NCBI RefSeq assembly: GCF_006345805.1
Contig: NC_043003.1
Span: 78,430,001-78,494,000, forward strand
DNA length: 64,000 nucleotides
Source of the DNA: Octopus sinensis
Lineage: Eukaryota
Direction: 5' to 3'
The notes under the pieces are model-generated. The model had not been told where the DNA came from and did not search any database. It saw nothing but the letters and a program-made list of their open reading frames with translations. Below are positions 37,400 to 50,451 of the stretch, one piece after another; the stretch's first letter is position 1; each line of letters opens with the position of its first letter. A program made the translations under genes and the position numbers.

Positions 37400-38940
37400 G
37401 GTTAATCTGACATAAAGTACATTGTGCAGGAAATGTTCCTGGTTATTTTGGAGATCTACAGTACCATCTGAAGATAATTACACTCTCAGATTCCCGAACC
37501 TCTTACCATTTTAATACCAGATATCTTGCGGCGGTTTGTCTCTAGATCGTGTAAATGGGGTGGATAAGGTTGATGAGGTATTATGGAAACCTTATCGTGT
37601 AAACCTAAAGCGCTGCGCAAGCGCTGTTGATTGTCCTTTTGATAGACAATGGTAGTGTCCCTTGGACATGAATGAATAGCCACGACACCCACAACACGCT
37701 CACTCATTCATGTACCACATGTACAAACACGCTAATACGTATCCCTTACGCTTTGCTTGGACAATAAAGTCTCTAAATTAATCATTATCACCAGCAATAG
37801 ATGGAGTAGCTATGGGTTCTTCCTTAGGCCTCGCGTTTGCGACATTTTATCTAGCTGCATACACAAGAAAGTAGAAACAAATTCATCGTGATGAATATAT
37901 TAGAAACATTGATAAATTTAAGATAAAACTGGAAAACAGCATGGTACTAAAGTTTAGCATAAGAAATAATATAAATAATACAAATATAACTCCATTTCTT
38001 GATGTAAGCATCCAAATAGAAAAGAAGAAAAGACTTGATACATCTCATCATTGTACACAAAAGTCACACACACACACACACACACACCTATGTGGAGACA
38101 GAAAGCTACAAAATACCAGTAGTAAAATCTTTTCTCAGAAGAGAATTCATATATCTTTCCACAAAGGAATATTAAAAACAGAAGTCCACAGAATAAAACA
38201 AACAGTTTACAATGGACATCTGATCAGACTCACAGACCAATCCACAGAAGAATACGGACACATACAATGCAGCAATAACAATATATATTACACGTTTTAA
38301 AAATAGACCAGACACAAAATATGCTGTATGAATACAATAATATTAAATATAAAACAGACTAACATATCAAAAAGAATTTCATAGAATGAAACACAAAATA
38401 CTTCACGCTATATCATAAACTAACACCAATGATATACGAGGAATCATTAAAGTCAACAACCTCTTTAACAACTTGTAAACTCGATAACAAACTATAAATG
38501 GATAATGCAATGTACATAAACTCCATTGTAAAAGTAAAAATTGTAAACTTCATGACGCCTTCCTTTTATATCAGTCATACAAGTACAACACTCTTTCGTA
38601 GGTTCACTATGCGCATACAAAAAGAGTTACTTGCATCTGACTACAGAGCAAAACATAAAATAAAACAAAAAGAGGATGACATTTACAATATCAGTCTGTG
38701 AAAGCCTAACTGAACGACGGGGTGTCAGTACTATATAGGAATGACAGCAAATTCAAACAACGCTACTTTAACCATATTACGTCCATCATGTACGAGAGCA
38801 AAGCAAAGCGTATATAAATGGTACAAAATGATGCAATTTATGCGCAGATTACAAGAATCTTATGTTGGAAAAATATTGCAAATTACCTAAATACAAGATC
38901 TGAACTTTTCACATGGCATCGCTACTTCGATAAATTACTG
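37400..38940 (+). mobile_element. Penelope-like element, degraded RT plus GIY-YIG
   Basis: DGVAMGSSLGLAF (37800-37840), LKFSI...PFLDVSI (37941 ORF), FYISHTSTTLFRRFTM (38498 ORF). Many stops and frameshifts; (CA)n insertion at ~38065. Confidence 0.8.
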
Positions 38941-39049
38941 ATTATATTTTAGCAATTCACAGCATCACCGACTTAAACAGATAAGCTTTAAACCATTCTC
39001 AACTATTTTTTACCTATTGATTCCTTTTTTATCCTTTGATTCCTATTTT

Positions 39050-39252
39050 ACTCAAATTGACCTTCACAACCATTCAATGTTTAAAAATCCTGTTATATTT
39101 TTATAATTAAATATTATTAGGAATTGTGTAGAAAAATTGTTAAAATATTTTGTGTTTTGAAAAAAGTATAACCAATTTATTGCAGATAAACTCTAACAAC
39201 AAAATCTCATATGGACTCCTACGGGTCATATGGATCCCGGTTGAGATCCACT
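39050..39252 (-). mobile_element. Second copy of the CAGTGGTTCTCAAC MITE, ~285 bp into PKG intron 1
   Basis: Reverse complement reads CAGTGGATCTCAACCGGGATCCATATG...AGATTTTGTTG...GCAATAAATTG...CACAAAATATTTT, collinear with 5905-6100. Confidence 0.7.
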
Positions 39253-39536
39253 GCTTTAAACAAATGGTTGAACTCACTTTACTCCGTAACCCTGTTATGT
39301 GACAATATTTCTATTTTAAAACCTACTCATATTATAACTTGATTTGATTCATCATATAAACATCAGCTAACAACAGATATGACTCAGGGGAGTTCAGCTT
39401 TCACCAATGAGCAACTAAATACTTCGTTTAGTTTTAGTTCTTCAACATATGACTTTGTGTGATAAATTTTAAATGGATACAAAGGATTACATCAATATCA
39501 ATATACAATATGAAAAATTAGAAAATCTGTACTTAC

Positions 39537-39835
39537 TGATAGGTCTTTGAATGTTTCCTTAAACGTAGATTACTGAACTCATGTAAAGAACCTAACACTT
39601 GTGGTTCAGCAGAAATTCCTTGAGCTCGTACTTTACGCGGTCCTGCAACCACACATGTTGGAATCGCAGTAGACAGAGGTAGAACAGATTGGTATTTATC
39701 CAATTGACTGCGAAGTTCTTCTATTATGTGATCTTTTTCGTTGAGTTTTTTCTTTTGGTTATGAATAATTATCTCTTTGGTAACTAAAATTTCCTTCAAC
39801 TCACGCAAACGGTCCTCTAATGTTTCCGCAGACAT
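39537..39835 (-). CDS. PRKG1: cGMP-dependent protein kinase (PKG type I / foraging-like), first coding exon: leucine-zipper dimerisation domain plus autoinhibitory pseudosubstrate
   Basis: ATG at 39835 gives MSAETLEDRLRELKEILVTKEIIIHNQKKKLNEKDHIIEELRSQLDKYQSVLP...GPRKVRAQGISAEPQ...RKHSKTY(Q). Heptad L10/L17/I24/L31/I38/L45/L52. GPRKVRAQGISAEPQ matches PKG-I-alpha GPRTTRAQGISAEPQ; LDKYQSV matches PKG-I-beta LDKYRSV. The 299-nt exon ends CA|GTAAGT (phase-2 donor; intron starts at 39536). Confidence 0.93.
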
Positions 39836-40276
39836 GTTCTTAGATTTTTTTGGAAAGTTAAATATAACAATATAATTCAACAGTTGAATGGACGGTTACG
39901 GTTGATGAGTTTCATATATTTAGTGGTGCATTTTATCGTCATCTTCCTTTGAATCCAGCCATAGAAAACGAGATCTCTGCTGATAAACCTACCATTTTCA
40001 CCTCACTTCTCTCCACAAAATGTGTTGCTTGTAAAAATATTTTAAAACAGAAATTTTAAAGATTATATACAATATCGATAAATACAGACTCCCGATCGTT
40101 ATTCCTTCCCCTTATTTGACATAATCTCTTTGACACACGTTTTTCTTTTTCTGAAATATAATCTGTAGAAATTTGATTCGTTTGTGCTTGTCTTCTTTGA
40201 AGCCCTCAGTCGAAGAAATTTGCCTCAAAATATCTAAGCTTTAAGAAAATACTGTTACATATAGATAGATATACAG

Positions 40277-40450
40277 GGGCAGGCAATTGTGTAATCCGGA
40301 GGTTCGGTTTGCAACAACGTAGTTTCAGATTAGAATCCTCTCTGCGGCACTATAGACAAGTGTCTTCTTACTCCTAGCCTCTGGTCGATCAATATCTTAG
40401 GATTGGAATTCGGTAAACGGAAATTGTGCTGAAACCCGTCGTAAATATGT
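40277..40450 (+). mobile_element. Degenerate SINE family A head, ~440 bp upstream of the PKG ATG (antisense to PKG)
   Basis: GCGGCACTATAGACAAGTGTCTTC...GGTAAACGGAAA...GAAACCCGTCGTA followed by (TG)n. Confidence 0.55.
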
Positions 40451-42639
40451 GTGTGTGTGTATGTGTGCAGACATATGTATACGTATCGGTGTGTATGTAT
40501 TACGTGTTTGTGTACGTATTTGTGTGTGTGTGTGCGTGTGTATGTGTGTATGTGCGTGTGTTACTTTTTAATTTGTGCGCATGTTTATTTCATAAGGTTT
40601 TAAGCAGATGTCTAAAATTCCCTTTCTGTCAACATGTCTGTGTACATTGCTATTCATAGCAGCCATATCGAACAGTTATACAGCTTCGATCAACTCGCAT
40701 CTTGGGTTGTTTTTGTCTTTCCAATGTAACTCCAGTTCCGTAATAGTGATACAGATGATCCTCGATGCTGTTGTTGTTTAACCCCAGGCCAGATTTGTTC
40801 TAGTGGACCGATGATAAAAAGCGCTCTAGTTGTGACCATTCAGTTTTTTGCTTTAACCAATGTGACCATTTTTTCTTTAAGACAGAAGCGTATAATTTGA
40901 GGATAGTTAAACTGCTATTTCTATCAAGTCCTGCGAGCACGGAGAAGTTCATTTGTTGACTTACTAGTGGTAATAGTTGTAGTTGGAGTGAACAATATCT
41001 CACCACTGAATATCATCTTCGTTCATGTTCCAATAAAATGAATGGTTACCAGGACAACAACAAATAGTTATCTCATGACAATTGTATTTGATTCTGAAAT
41101 GGTAAGAAAAGAAATAATAATAAATAAAAATTTATTTGAGACCGCTTAGAAACACGAACAAAAACGTCAAAACAAAAAATAGGAGTGTAAAATAACCATT
41201 ACAATAACAACACATCAAAAAAGAGAGAAGAACTGAACAAGCTATTTGTAAAAATGTACGTATGTGTGTTTAAGAGAGAGATAGATATAAAGGTAGGCGA
41301 CATTTGATGACTTCATCTTACATAACATCCATAGGTGTGCTTTCTTTTACATAAAAAATTTTTCTGTTCAACTCAGCCCTGAAGCCATGGAAACATTGGT
41401 CATTTGCACATTGCTCCACCTGTTTACATCAGTAATTTATGACAATTTTTCAATCACATTCGTGTAGCTAGAGAGGCTCGTTTGAAGGTGAAGTTCCCTT
41501 TACACTTTGTTTCTATGTGAGTTAACATCATTTTAGACCTGACTTTGAGGTGAACTGGCAAAATCGTTAGAGCACTGGATAAACTTTCGCGTGGTATTTA
41601 TTTCAATTCTGAGCGCCGTGTTCAAATCCGAACGCGGTCAACTTTGTCGTTCATTCTTCTGTCTCACAGCGTTCTGGCAGCAATGCCTGCCGCGACACTG
41701 CCACCAGGTTGTATCGGCTCAAGTTGGCAGCCTTTTCCTTAGATAAACGTCGGTGGCGTGAAAAGAGAAGACTTGCATAGATGGATAACCGTCAGTCTTA
41801 AACAAAACCACGAATATCTATGAATGTGAGCGCGGGTGTGCAACTGACCCAACATCATCACAATTTGGTGAACTGATCACGAAACTCCGGTTTCGATCTG
41901 CAGCTGAAATCCATTTCACAACACTGAAATATGTTTCCATGAATGTTTTCAGAGAATGTTTGAATGTCAGAACTTCTATTATTTTTCTTTCCCAGAAATA
42001 TTAAATTGTAGGTGAGTGTTGTAGTCTACTGAATCTTCCTTTGATTTTATCGATCCCCGGAAGAATGGAAGCAAAGCTGACATCGGTAGAATTTGAACTC
42101 AAAACAGGAATTTTGTCGGTGCTCTGACAATTCTGTGCATTCATGTCGTCAGTTTGTTACTAAGTATTTCTAGCATTGGCATAGAACTACAAACGTTTTT
42201 TTTTTTTTCTTTTCCAAATAAAAATGATATACTTGGTTTAATAAAAACCAGGGCAGGTAATCGGCAAAATAGTTAAGATGCCAAACAAATAACTTGCTGC
42301 AATTGTTTCAGCTCTTTGTGTTCAAATTACACCTAGGTTAACTTTGCCTTCTTTCCTCCTGAGGTTAATAAATAAAGTAGATTTTTCTTGTTCCTCTTTA
42401 TTACAAATGGGGCTTAAAAACAGATGCCAACAGGAGTACGTTGCTGTCACATTACTGAAACGAAAAGACATTGCTGTAAAGTGGAGAAAAAAAAAGAATA
42501 AGTCGCATTATGTTTGGTGATCTCGAAGTAGTTCAAAGAAAAAGTCTATAACAGCGAGATTTGAACTGCGAATGTAAATATATAAATACTGCAAGGTATA
42601 GAGTGAGTCACTCTATCATCCACTGCCTGTCTCTCAACA

Positions 42640-43070
42640 GAATATTGGTTTCAAATTTTGGCACAAGAACGGCAATTTCGGGGAAGGAGATGAGTCGATT
42701 ACATCAACCCCAGTACTCAACTGGTACTTATTTTATCAACTTTGAAAGGATGAACTCGACGGAATTTGAACTCAGTACGTTAGGGCGGACGAAATATCGC
42801 TGAGCGTTCTGCCCGGTGCGTTAACGATTCTGCCAGTTCGTCTCCTTGTCTCTCAATATAATACAGATTTCCAACTTTGGCACAAGGTCGCCATTTTCGG
42901 GGGAGGGGTAGGTCAATTATGTCGACCACAGTGCTTGACTGGTACTTATTTTATCAATCCCTAAAAGGATGAAATGCAAAGTCGACCTCGGCAGAATTTG
43001 AACTTAGAACGTAAAGTCGGACGAAATGCCGCTAAGCATTTTGACCAGCGTGCTAACTCACCGCCTTGTC
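42640..43070 (-). mobile_element. Two SINE family B copies
   Basis: GAATTTGAACT...CGCTAAGCATTT...AACTCACCGCCTT motifs occur twice. Confidence 0.75.
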
Positions 43071-43194
43071 TCTCTCTCTCCATAATATTAACCCTTCGCC
43101 TATCCAAAGCATTTTCATAAGTTTGTCCTATTCACTCATGCTTATTTTCAGTGTTTTAGTTATCCCTTGTTTGTTACGTTGCGAGTAATACTCT

Positions 43195-43586
43195 TTCACT
43201 TGTTTCAGTCATTTGACTGCGGCCATGCTGGAGCATCGCCTTTAGTCGAGCAAATCGACCCCAGGACTTATTCTTTGTAAGGCTAGCACTTATTCTATCG
43301 GCCTCTTTTACCGAACCGCTAAGTTACGGGGACGTAAACACACCAGCATCGGTTGTCAAGCGATATGGGGGGGGGCGACACAGACACACAAGCACACACA
43401 CACACATATGTATACATATACATACATACGACGGGCTTCTTTCAGTTTTCGTCTTCCAAATTCACTCACAAGGCTTTGGTCGGCCTGAGACTATAATAGA
43501 AGACACTTGCCCAAGGGGCCACGCAGTGGGACTGAACTCGGAATCATGTGGTTGGTAAGCAAGCTACTTACCACACAGCCACTCCT
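43195..43586 (-). mobile_element. SINE family A, full length
   Basis: Collinear with the reverse complement of 33195-33583. Confidence 0.88.
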
Positions 43587-44761
43587 TTTCTATCATAAGT
43601 CTCAAGTTACTATCGTGGTTGAGGAAAATTGGGCATGTGTATCATAATTGATACATAGTCATCAGAGAAATATGCCCAGTGTGTCATATATGATATACAG
43701 GACAGAGTCAAATCATGCAATCTTTTCTTCACAAAACATCATCTGAATAGAGTTCCCTGTAGCCGGCAGCTCAAAGCTGTTAAAACCCTGCCAAAGCTAG
43801 TTTTGCTTTTTATCTTTCTGGGAGCCTCTTCTTCGAAATGTTTGGCCTTGTGCAAGACAAAATCGTTAGCGCGTTGGACAAAATATCATGCGATATTTCA
43901 TTCACTTCTTTACGTTGTGAGTTCAAAGCCCGCCGAAATCAGCTTTGCCTTTCATCATCATAACTACGGGAATCAGTCGAATCTACTTACTCCACCTTCT
44001 CCCAAATTTCATATCTTGTGCTTTAATTAGGAACAATTAAAAAGATTACGGTTGAGCTGTTACAGCGTCGGAAAAATATCTGGCAGTATTTCTCCCGGCC
44101 TTCTGAATTCAAGTGCTGTCGTGGCCAGCTTTGCCTTTCATCCCTCTAGGGTCGATAAAGCACAGTACCAGTCAAGTACTGAGAACGGTGATAACGATTT
44201 AACCTTTCCTTCCAGCAAAACGGTCAGCTTTGTTCCTAAATCAGAGACAATTATCACGGGGATGGGGGCAAAAATGTCACGTGGTAAATGTACGGCTTTT
44301 TACGTTCTGAATTCAAATCCTGTCGAAGCCAACTTGCCCTTTCATCCTAATAAGGGGGGAATAATTCTAGTTATAATTTTAGAAACACCCAAAAGAAAAT
44401 AACTCAAATTTCGATTCAATAATTCAAAAATTTACATTTAAAGTTTTTCATAAATATTTTTGAAAGATTTCGGAATTGAAATTTCTTCCAGCGCTACTAA
44501 GCAACCAGCTTACGAGCTAATGAGGACGCTTCAGAGTGGTCACTTGACCAACCATCAATTGCAACCAAATTTCCCTCAACAATACTCTAATACCTTTAAA
44601 TAAAAAAAGAAGCGCAAGCTGAATGAAGATGAAATTCCAGATAGATTGGATCTGAAAAAGTGGAATAGTTACGGTGGGAATATATTTGGTTATAGGTTTG
44701 GTCGTTTACGACTGACCTAGGGTTAAATAGCAAACAATAAATAAAACAGCTGCTGCTGCTG

Positions 44762-44803
<42 letters not shown>

Positions 44804-45089
44804 ACGACAGCAATTTAAGAAAAGTCATTTCAGCATAATACAATGAAAAATGAGAAACACGAAAGAATTGAAAATTAAAGAAAATTAAGATTTAATTGAT
44901 TTGCTTCAGACATTTCCCATCATCTAATATCTTAAGAATATCAATTGTGATTTGGTCTAAAATTAATATATTAATTAAAGGCGGCCTTGAGAAGATAGTT
45001 TAACTGTCTTCAATTTCCTGGTCATTTCCAACTTTCTCCGTAGAGTGCAAAGTCAAGTCATGAAGTTTAATATTATATTTGGTGCCATA

Positions 45090-45725
45090 CTATTGATTTC
45101 AAATTTTGGCACTAGGCCAGCAATTCCGAGGGAAGGTTGAAGTTGATTACATCGACCCCAGTGCTGAACTGATACTTATTTTATCGATGCCTAAAGGATG
45201 AAAAGCAAAGTCGACTTCGGCGGAATTTGAACTCAGAACGTGGCGACGGGCAAAATACCAATTTCTTTACTACCCACAAGGAGCTAAACACAGAGGGAAC
45301 GAACAAGGATAGACAAACGGATTAAGTCGATTATATCGACCCCAGTGCGTAACTGGTACTTAATTTATCAACCCCGAAAGGATGAAAGGCAAAGTCGACC
45401 TCGACGGAATTTGAACTCAGAACGTAAGGGCAGACGAAATACCACTAAGCATTTTGCCCGGCGTGCTAGCGATTGTACCAGCTCACCGTGTTGCCCTTGT
45501 ACCTTAATATTGGTTTCACATTTTGGCACAAAGCCAGCAATTTTGGAGGGAGTGGGTAAGTCAATTACATCGACGCTAGTGTTCAACTGGTAATTATTTT
45601 ATAGACCTCAAAAAGTTGAAAGGCAGAGTCAGCCATAGCAGAATTTGAACTCAGAACGTAAAGACTGACGAAATGCCGGTAAACATTTTGCCCGGCGTGC
45701 TAACGATTCTGCCAGCTCACCGCTT
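45090..45725 (-). mobile_element. SINE family B cluster (tandem plus separate copy)
   Basis: Three GAATTTGAACTCAGAACG cores at ~45222, ~45406 and ~45641. Confidence 0.8.
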
Positions 45726-46399
45726 TGTCCTTGTATCTTAATATTAGCATCTTGAGTATATCACAGAATTAATGTGGCTCTCGTAAAATATTACATTTAT
45801 TTCCAAAAAATTGGCACATTTGTGGAGAGAAAAAGCATAGCCGTTTAAACCAGTTTCGGTGTAGCTGAATGGCGCCCTATTTCATTGGCAATCACCCACA
45901 AGAAAAAAAAAAAAAAAGATGCATAGCTTCAATTGGATTCGAACTCTGAACGTAAGAAACTCCTACGTAATTCCAACATTGAAACGAATTTGCAAATATG
46001 AGTACGAGTCTGCAAATATGAGTATAAATATGAGTACAAGAATACCCTGGCAGGTTCCATATATCCAACAGTTAAGCAAGAGATCGTTAAGTGAAAGGTT
46101 AATTCACATAAAAATGACGTTATAAATCGTTGTTAACGTTCTCGCTGGGATTTGACATTTATAAATGTTTTTAATGTTAAATAAGGAATGATAAATCAAT
46201 AAATCTATTTAGGCTAATCAATGCTTGAAGACATATCTTTGATATTGCGGAAGTTTTCCAAGCTGTTGAAACACTCGGTGTGCACAACTCAAAATCGCCA
46301 TCTGTGTGTCATTGTTACCAGCTTAAATGGACGGTGTGTATACATTGAGTTTAATACATAGATTGAAGTTTTAATCTAATGCTGTTCCTATTGCGTACA

Positions 46400-48340
46400 A
46401 TACAAATGATAGCCTAATTCTGTTAGTGATTATAGTAGCAGTCACAGTTCTTAACGGTAGTTCAGTAGACCATGTTGTTCTCTGATTCTTAATGACATTA
46501 CCTATAACAATGGAGTGAAGAACTGAGACACACGCCATCTTACGGTCAAGTCATACAGCCAACAGATTTCGGTGGTGCTGTTCAGTTTCCTTTAGAACAG
46601 TTTTAAGGATGAGAAGTTCGGCACCGCCACAAACTCCTTTCTTTTCTCCTGCCTGATCTTCTGTCACCATATTCTGTTTCGCTGTGATCCATGAGGAATG
46701 CATTCAAACAGTCAGTGTTTGATTTATACATTACTTTCAAGCCTGTAGTTTTTGGTTACATGCGTTTCCTGGCTTTTAGATTCGAATGTTGTACGTACGA
46801 TTGACAACCAGTCCGATACGTCAGGCTCAGCATTCATTGCTCTTTTCAACAGGTTATCGTGGGATGGGGTATAGAATGGTTTCTGCACCAGTAACTGACT
46901 ATCAGGTCTCTCCCAGGTGACTTCACGTTCGCCAGTTTTACAACAGCCGTTATGAGAGTTTCATTGTTGATATTATTAGTTTTGGAAGAGACGTTTGCAC
47001 AACATTCACTCTGTAGCAAATTTAACCACATTGCATCACGGTTGCGATGTTTGTTTACATTCCAGGTCCCTCTCCATAATGACTCCTGGACATTTTGGAT
47101 AGATTTTACAATCTTGATGATATGACCTATGATATTGCGATAAATCCATGTGGGTTTCTGGCAAATTTGTGATTGATGGACTTTTGCTCTGGCAAGCGTT
47201 TTTTTTTATCATGAAATTGTTCCCTTGCCGGTCGCAGTTTGTGTTTAAGGACAATTAGCTTGCCCATTAATATCTAATGTCGATAGTTCCCATATACTTT
47301 AGATAATCTATAATAAGGTTGCAGTTGCTGAGCAGTGAATTTACTATATGTTTTGTGCTGAAGTCTGTTGATGTGTCTCGAAAGAGGTAATCCATTTTGG
47401 TTGTTTCTTCTTACTATGAGACCTCTTCTCTTCCCATTTGTTAGCTAATGATAATTGCAGCACAATATTGTCAAGCATTCAATGCCCCAAAGTTGGGACC
47501 ATTTATCTCTTCTCATAGTTCTTTAGCTACTTCGTTCATCACGGCTAACATTTGGTCAGTCGGTTTTCTATTGGTTTGTGTGGCAATTGTTCTCTTATGA
47601 AATCGTTAATGTGGATGGTGAAGTTTTGGTTGAATTTTATTCTTAAATGTTCTTTCAGTTATTTGTATTCTTCACTTATTCGAAGGCGACAAAGTGGCAG
47701 AATCGTGAGAGCGTCGGAAATATTACTTAACGGGAATTATTCCGTCTCTTTACGTCCTGAATTCAAATCCAGTTGAGGTTAACTTTATTGTTTCATCTTT
47801 TGGAATCGGTAACATCATATTACTTGGGTCTATGTAATCGACTTACTCCCTCCTCTTAAAATTAATGGCATTGTCTCAAAATTTGAAAGAATTATTATCG
47901 TTTGTTTGTAATCGGTTATTGCTCACTTCGCTCACGAAATGGTAGAATATACGTCTCAGACGTAGGCTTAACGCGTTGGTCGTGGTCTATATTGTTTACG
48001 ATCTTCTCGGGAGAAGAATTCATTGATTTTTAGTTTTACTCTTATTTGCTGTGTGATTCTAATGGTCTGTGAGGACAGCAAAAATCTTTTCTCAACAATG
48101 GCTGCCTTTTTTCGTAGTTGTTTGGCCCCTGAAGTTCGAGTATTTGAGAGTATTTTAGATCTCAGTGCTTCTTCATTCTTTTCATGTAAACCTAGCGAGG
48201 GATCTCGAACTAATACAAGTCCTGCTTCTATTCAAAGGTCTACTGGAATTTATTTCGATAGTACAGTGACCTTCAGTAACTGACCTTTACCTTCTGTCCA
48301 ATCAAGGTGTACGAAGTAGTTGTTGAGTTTCCCTTAATCT
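46400..48340 (-). mobile_element. R4/Dong-like non-LTR retrotransposon, degraded RT region (SINE inserted at ~47690-47890)
   Basis: KSPGRDLIVSYW; DWLSIVRTTFESKSQETHVTKNYR; MYK...CLNAFL; EDQAGEKKGVCGGAELLILKTVLKE. The part above ~47900 is assigned with less certainty. Confidence 0.72.
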
Positions 48341-48449
48341 TCTCCTTTTCACTACTGTTATGATATTCCGTTAAGTAAAAAAAAAAAGGTGTCTCTTCGT
48401 ATTTATCCGAAGGTAACCAATTTTATTTGCTAGGCTTAGCCAATAAACA

Positions 48450-48491
<42 letters not shown>

Positions 48492-49324
48492 TTACTTCAA
48501 GTATAATGTAAAAACCAATGTTCAGACCCGTGGAGATGTGACTCAACACCCTTCTTTCTTTCTTTCTTTCTTTCTTTCTTGTTTGGCCTTCCATATATAA
48601 AGGGAAGCGTAATTTATACGAGGAGGGCTTTAGGATCCCTTACAATCTCGACCCGATTCACAAGCATGGGCCCTAACTTACAGTCTCTAGCTACATTGCT
48701 ACGACGTTAGCCGACTTTTAACAACTTTTTTAAACCTTGGCATCGATGATTTTTATTTTCTTTTGCAATGTGGCTTCTTGCTGGCATGTGCTTCGAAAAA
48801 ATAGACTAGTTTCCTCTTCATTTGTGAGAGGAATCTTATGTCTTATGTGTAGCCATAATCTTAAATAATTTCTTTTAATTATTTTGGAAACAAATTAACT
48901 GCTTCAGTACCTGCACTCACACCTTCTTGCACTTTTAATTTAAGCCAACTAGCTCATTCTTTATAGCTATAAAACCAGACATTATTTAAACTATACTCAC
49001 AGGGCATGTGTCGTCCTCGTTGCCTTCGTTTATCTTTAAGCGTCTAAAGAATATAGATAAGGATTTATCACAAATTACAATTTCCTAACAGGTTCATATG
49101 TTGATAAATGCACAAACTAAGGCTAACCATTTCAGTATTACATACACTCGTAGACCACTAACGATGCGCACTTTTAATTTCATTCAAATATCTTTCTTTA
49201 ATCGTTAAAATCGAATATACTGTTGGCTGATTTCTTGCTACCACCATCTCCCACCAAAAAAAAAAAAAAATTTCGAAGTTGAATCTCTAACAATTTTTAC
49301 AGTTTATTTATTATTATTAATATT

Positions 49325-49760
49325 TTTGTTGTTAAGAAGTTTGCTTCCTAACCAAAAGGCTCCGGGTTCAGCCCCATTGCGTGGCACCTTGAGCAAGTGT
49401 CTTCTACTATAGTCGAGGGCCGACCAAAGCCCTGTGAGTGTATTTGGTAGGCGGAAACCGAAAGAAGCCCGTCATATATACATGTTAATATATCTGTATG
49501 TATGTATGTATGTTTGTATGTATGTATGTATGTATGTATGTATATATGTATGCATATGTGTGTGTGTTTGTCCCTCCCCCACTTGACAACCGATGTTAGT
49601 TTGTTTGCGTACCCTTAGCGGTTCCGCTTAAAGACCGATAGAATAAGTACCAGACTTTAAAAAGAAAAGTTTTGGATCGATTCATTCATTCAATTAAAAA
49701 TTCTTCAAAGCGGTGCCCCAGCATGGCCGCAGTCCAATGATTGAAACAAATGAAAGATTA
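49325..49760 (+). mobile_element. SINE family A
   Basis: Head at 49340-49400, (TATG)n centre, tail GCGGTGCCCCAGCATGGCCGCAGTC. Confidence 0.82.
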
Positions 49761-49856
49761 TGTTTTGTTTCTTAAACCATTGTTTTAATTTCTTTACATA
49801 ATCAATCACATTCACTACACTTCTGAATTTCTGTTTTGGTGTACAGGAAAGGTAAA

Positions 49857-50254
49857 TCTTTATATATAAAAGAGAGGTTGTGTGCTGTCTGTCTCCTAGG
49901 ATTTAGATTCCTAACTACTCCCACATTTTGCGGTGCAGTTTAACCAAAACCGGGTATCTTATAGTCGTGATTTATATCGAGCCCTTCTGGGTATTAGCGC
50001 GCGTCTACGATGAGTCTACGATTTAAAAAAAATTTACCATCAATTTTTCCCATTTTGAATGCATTTTTGGCATATATAAGGGAAGTAACTCTCTAAAAAT
50101 GTATTATTAAATCTCAGAACGTAAAAAGCTACAGTAACATCCCCCCCCCTTTGTGGTTAGCCATATTGAGATGGCTATTATACTTTACATCTCTAAGAAT
50201 GCTTATATAGTTATTTCCCTTACAAACCCGAGCAACGCCGGGCGATACTGCTTG
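49857..50254 (+). mobile_element. Non-autonomous Helitron-like element, copy 1
   Basis: A|TCTTTATATATAAAAG 5' end; 3' hairpin CCCGAGCAACGCCGGG followed by CTTG|T. Confidence 0.75.
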
Positions 50255-50451
50255 TTAATTAATAAAAAAAAATTAAGAAAGACGAGTCGGAGAGAGACTG
50301 TGAACATAGTACAAAACGTAACGGCGTCTGTATGCTATCTGAACAACTGATGAACCAACAAACGCTCATGCGCACATTATCAATGAATATTGCGGGTATT
50401 GGACTTTTAGAGCAATCATTTAGCATTTATTCGTCGCAATTTAAATATAAA

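Noticed and set aside
39836-39880. In-frame upstream extension of the PKG ORF from TTG 39880
   Set aside because: TTG starts are not expected in a metazoan nuclear gene, and homology begins at Met 39835.
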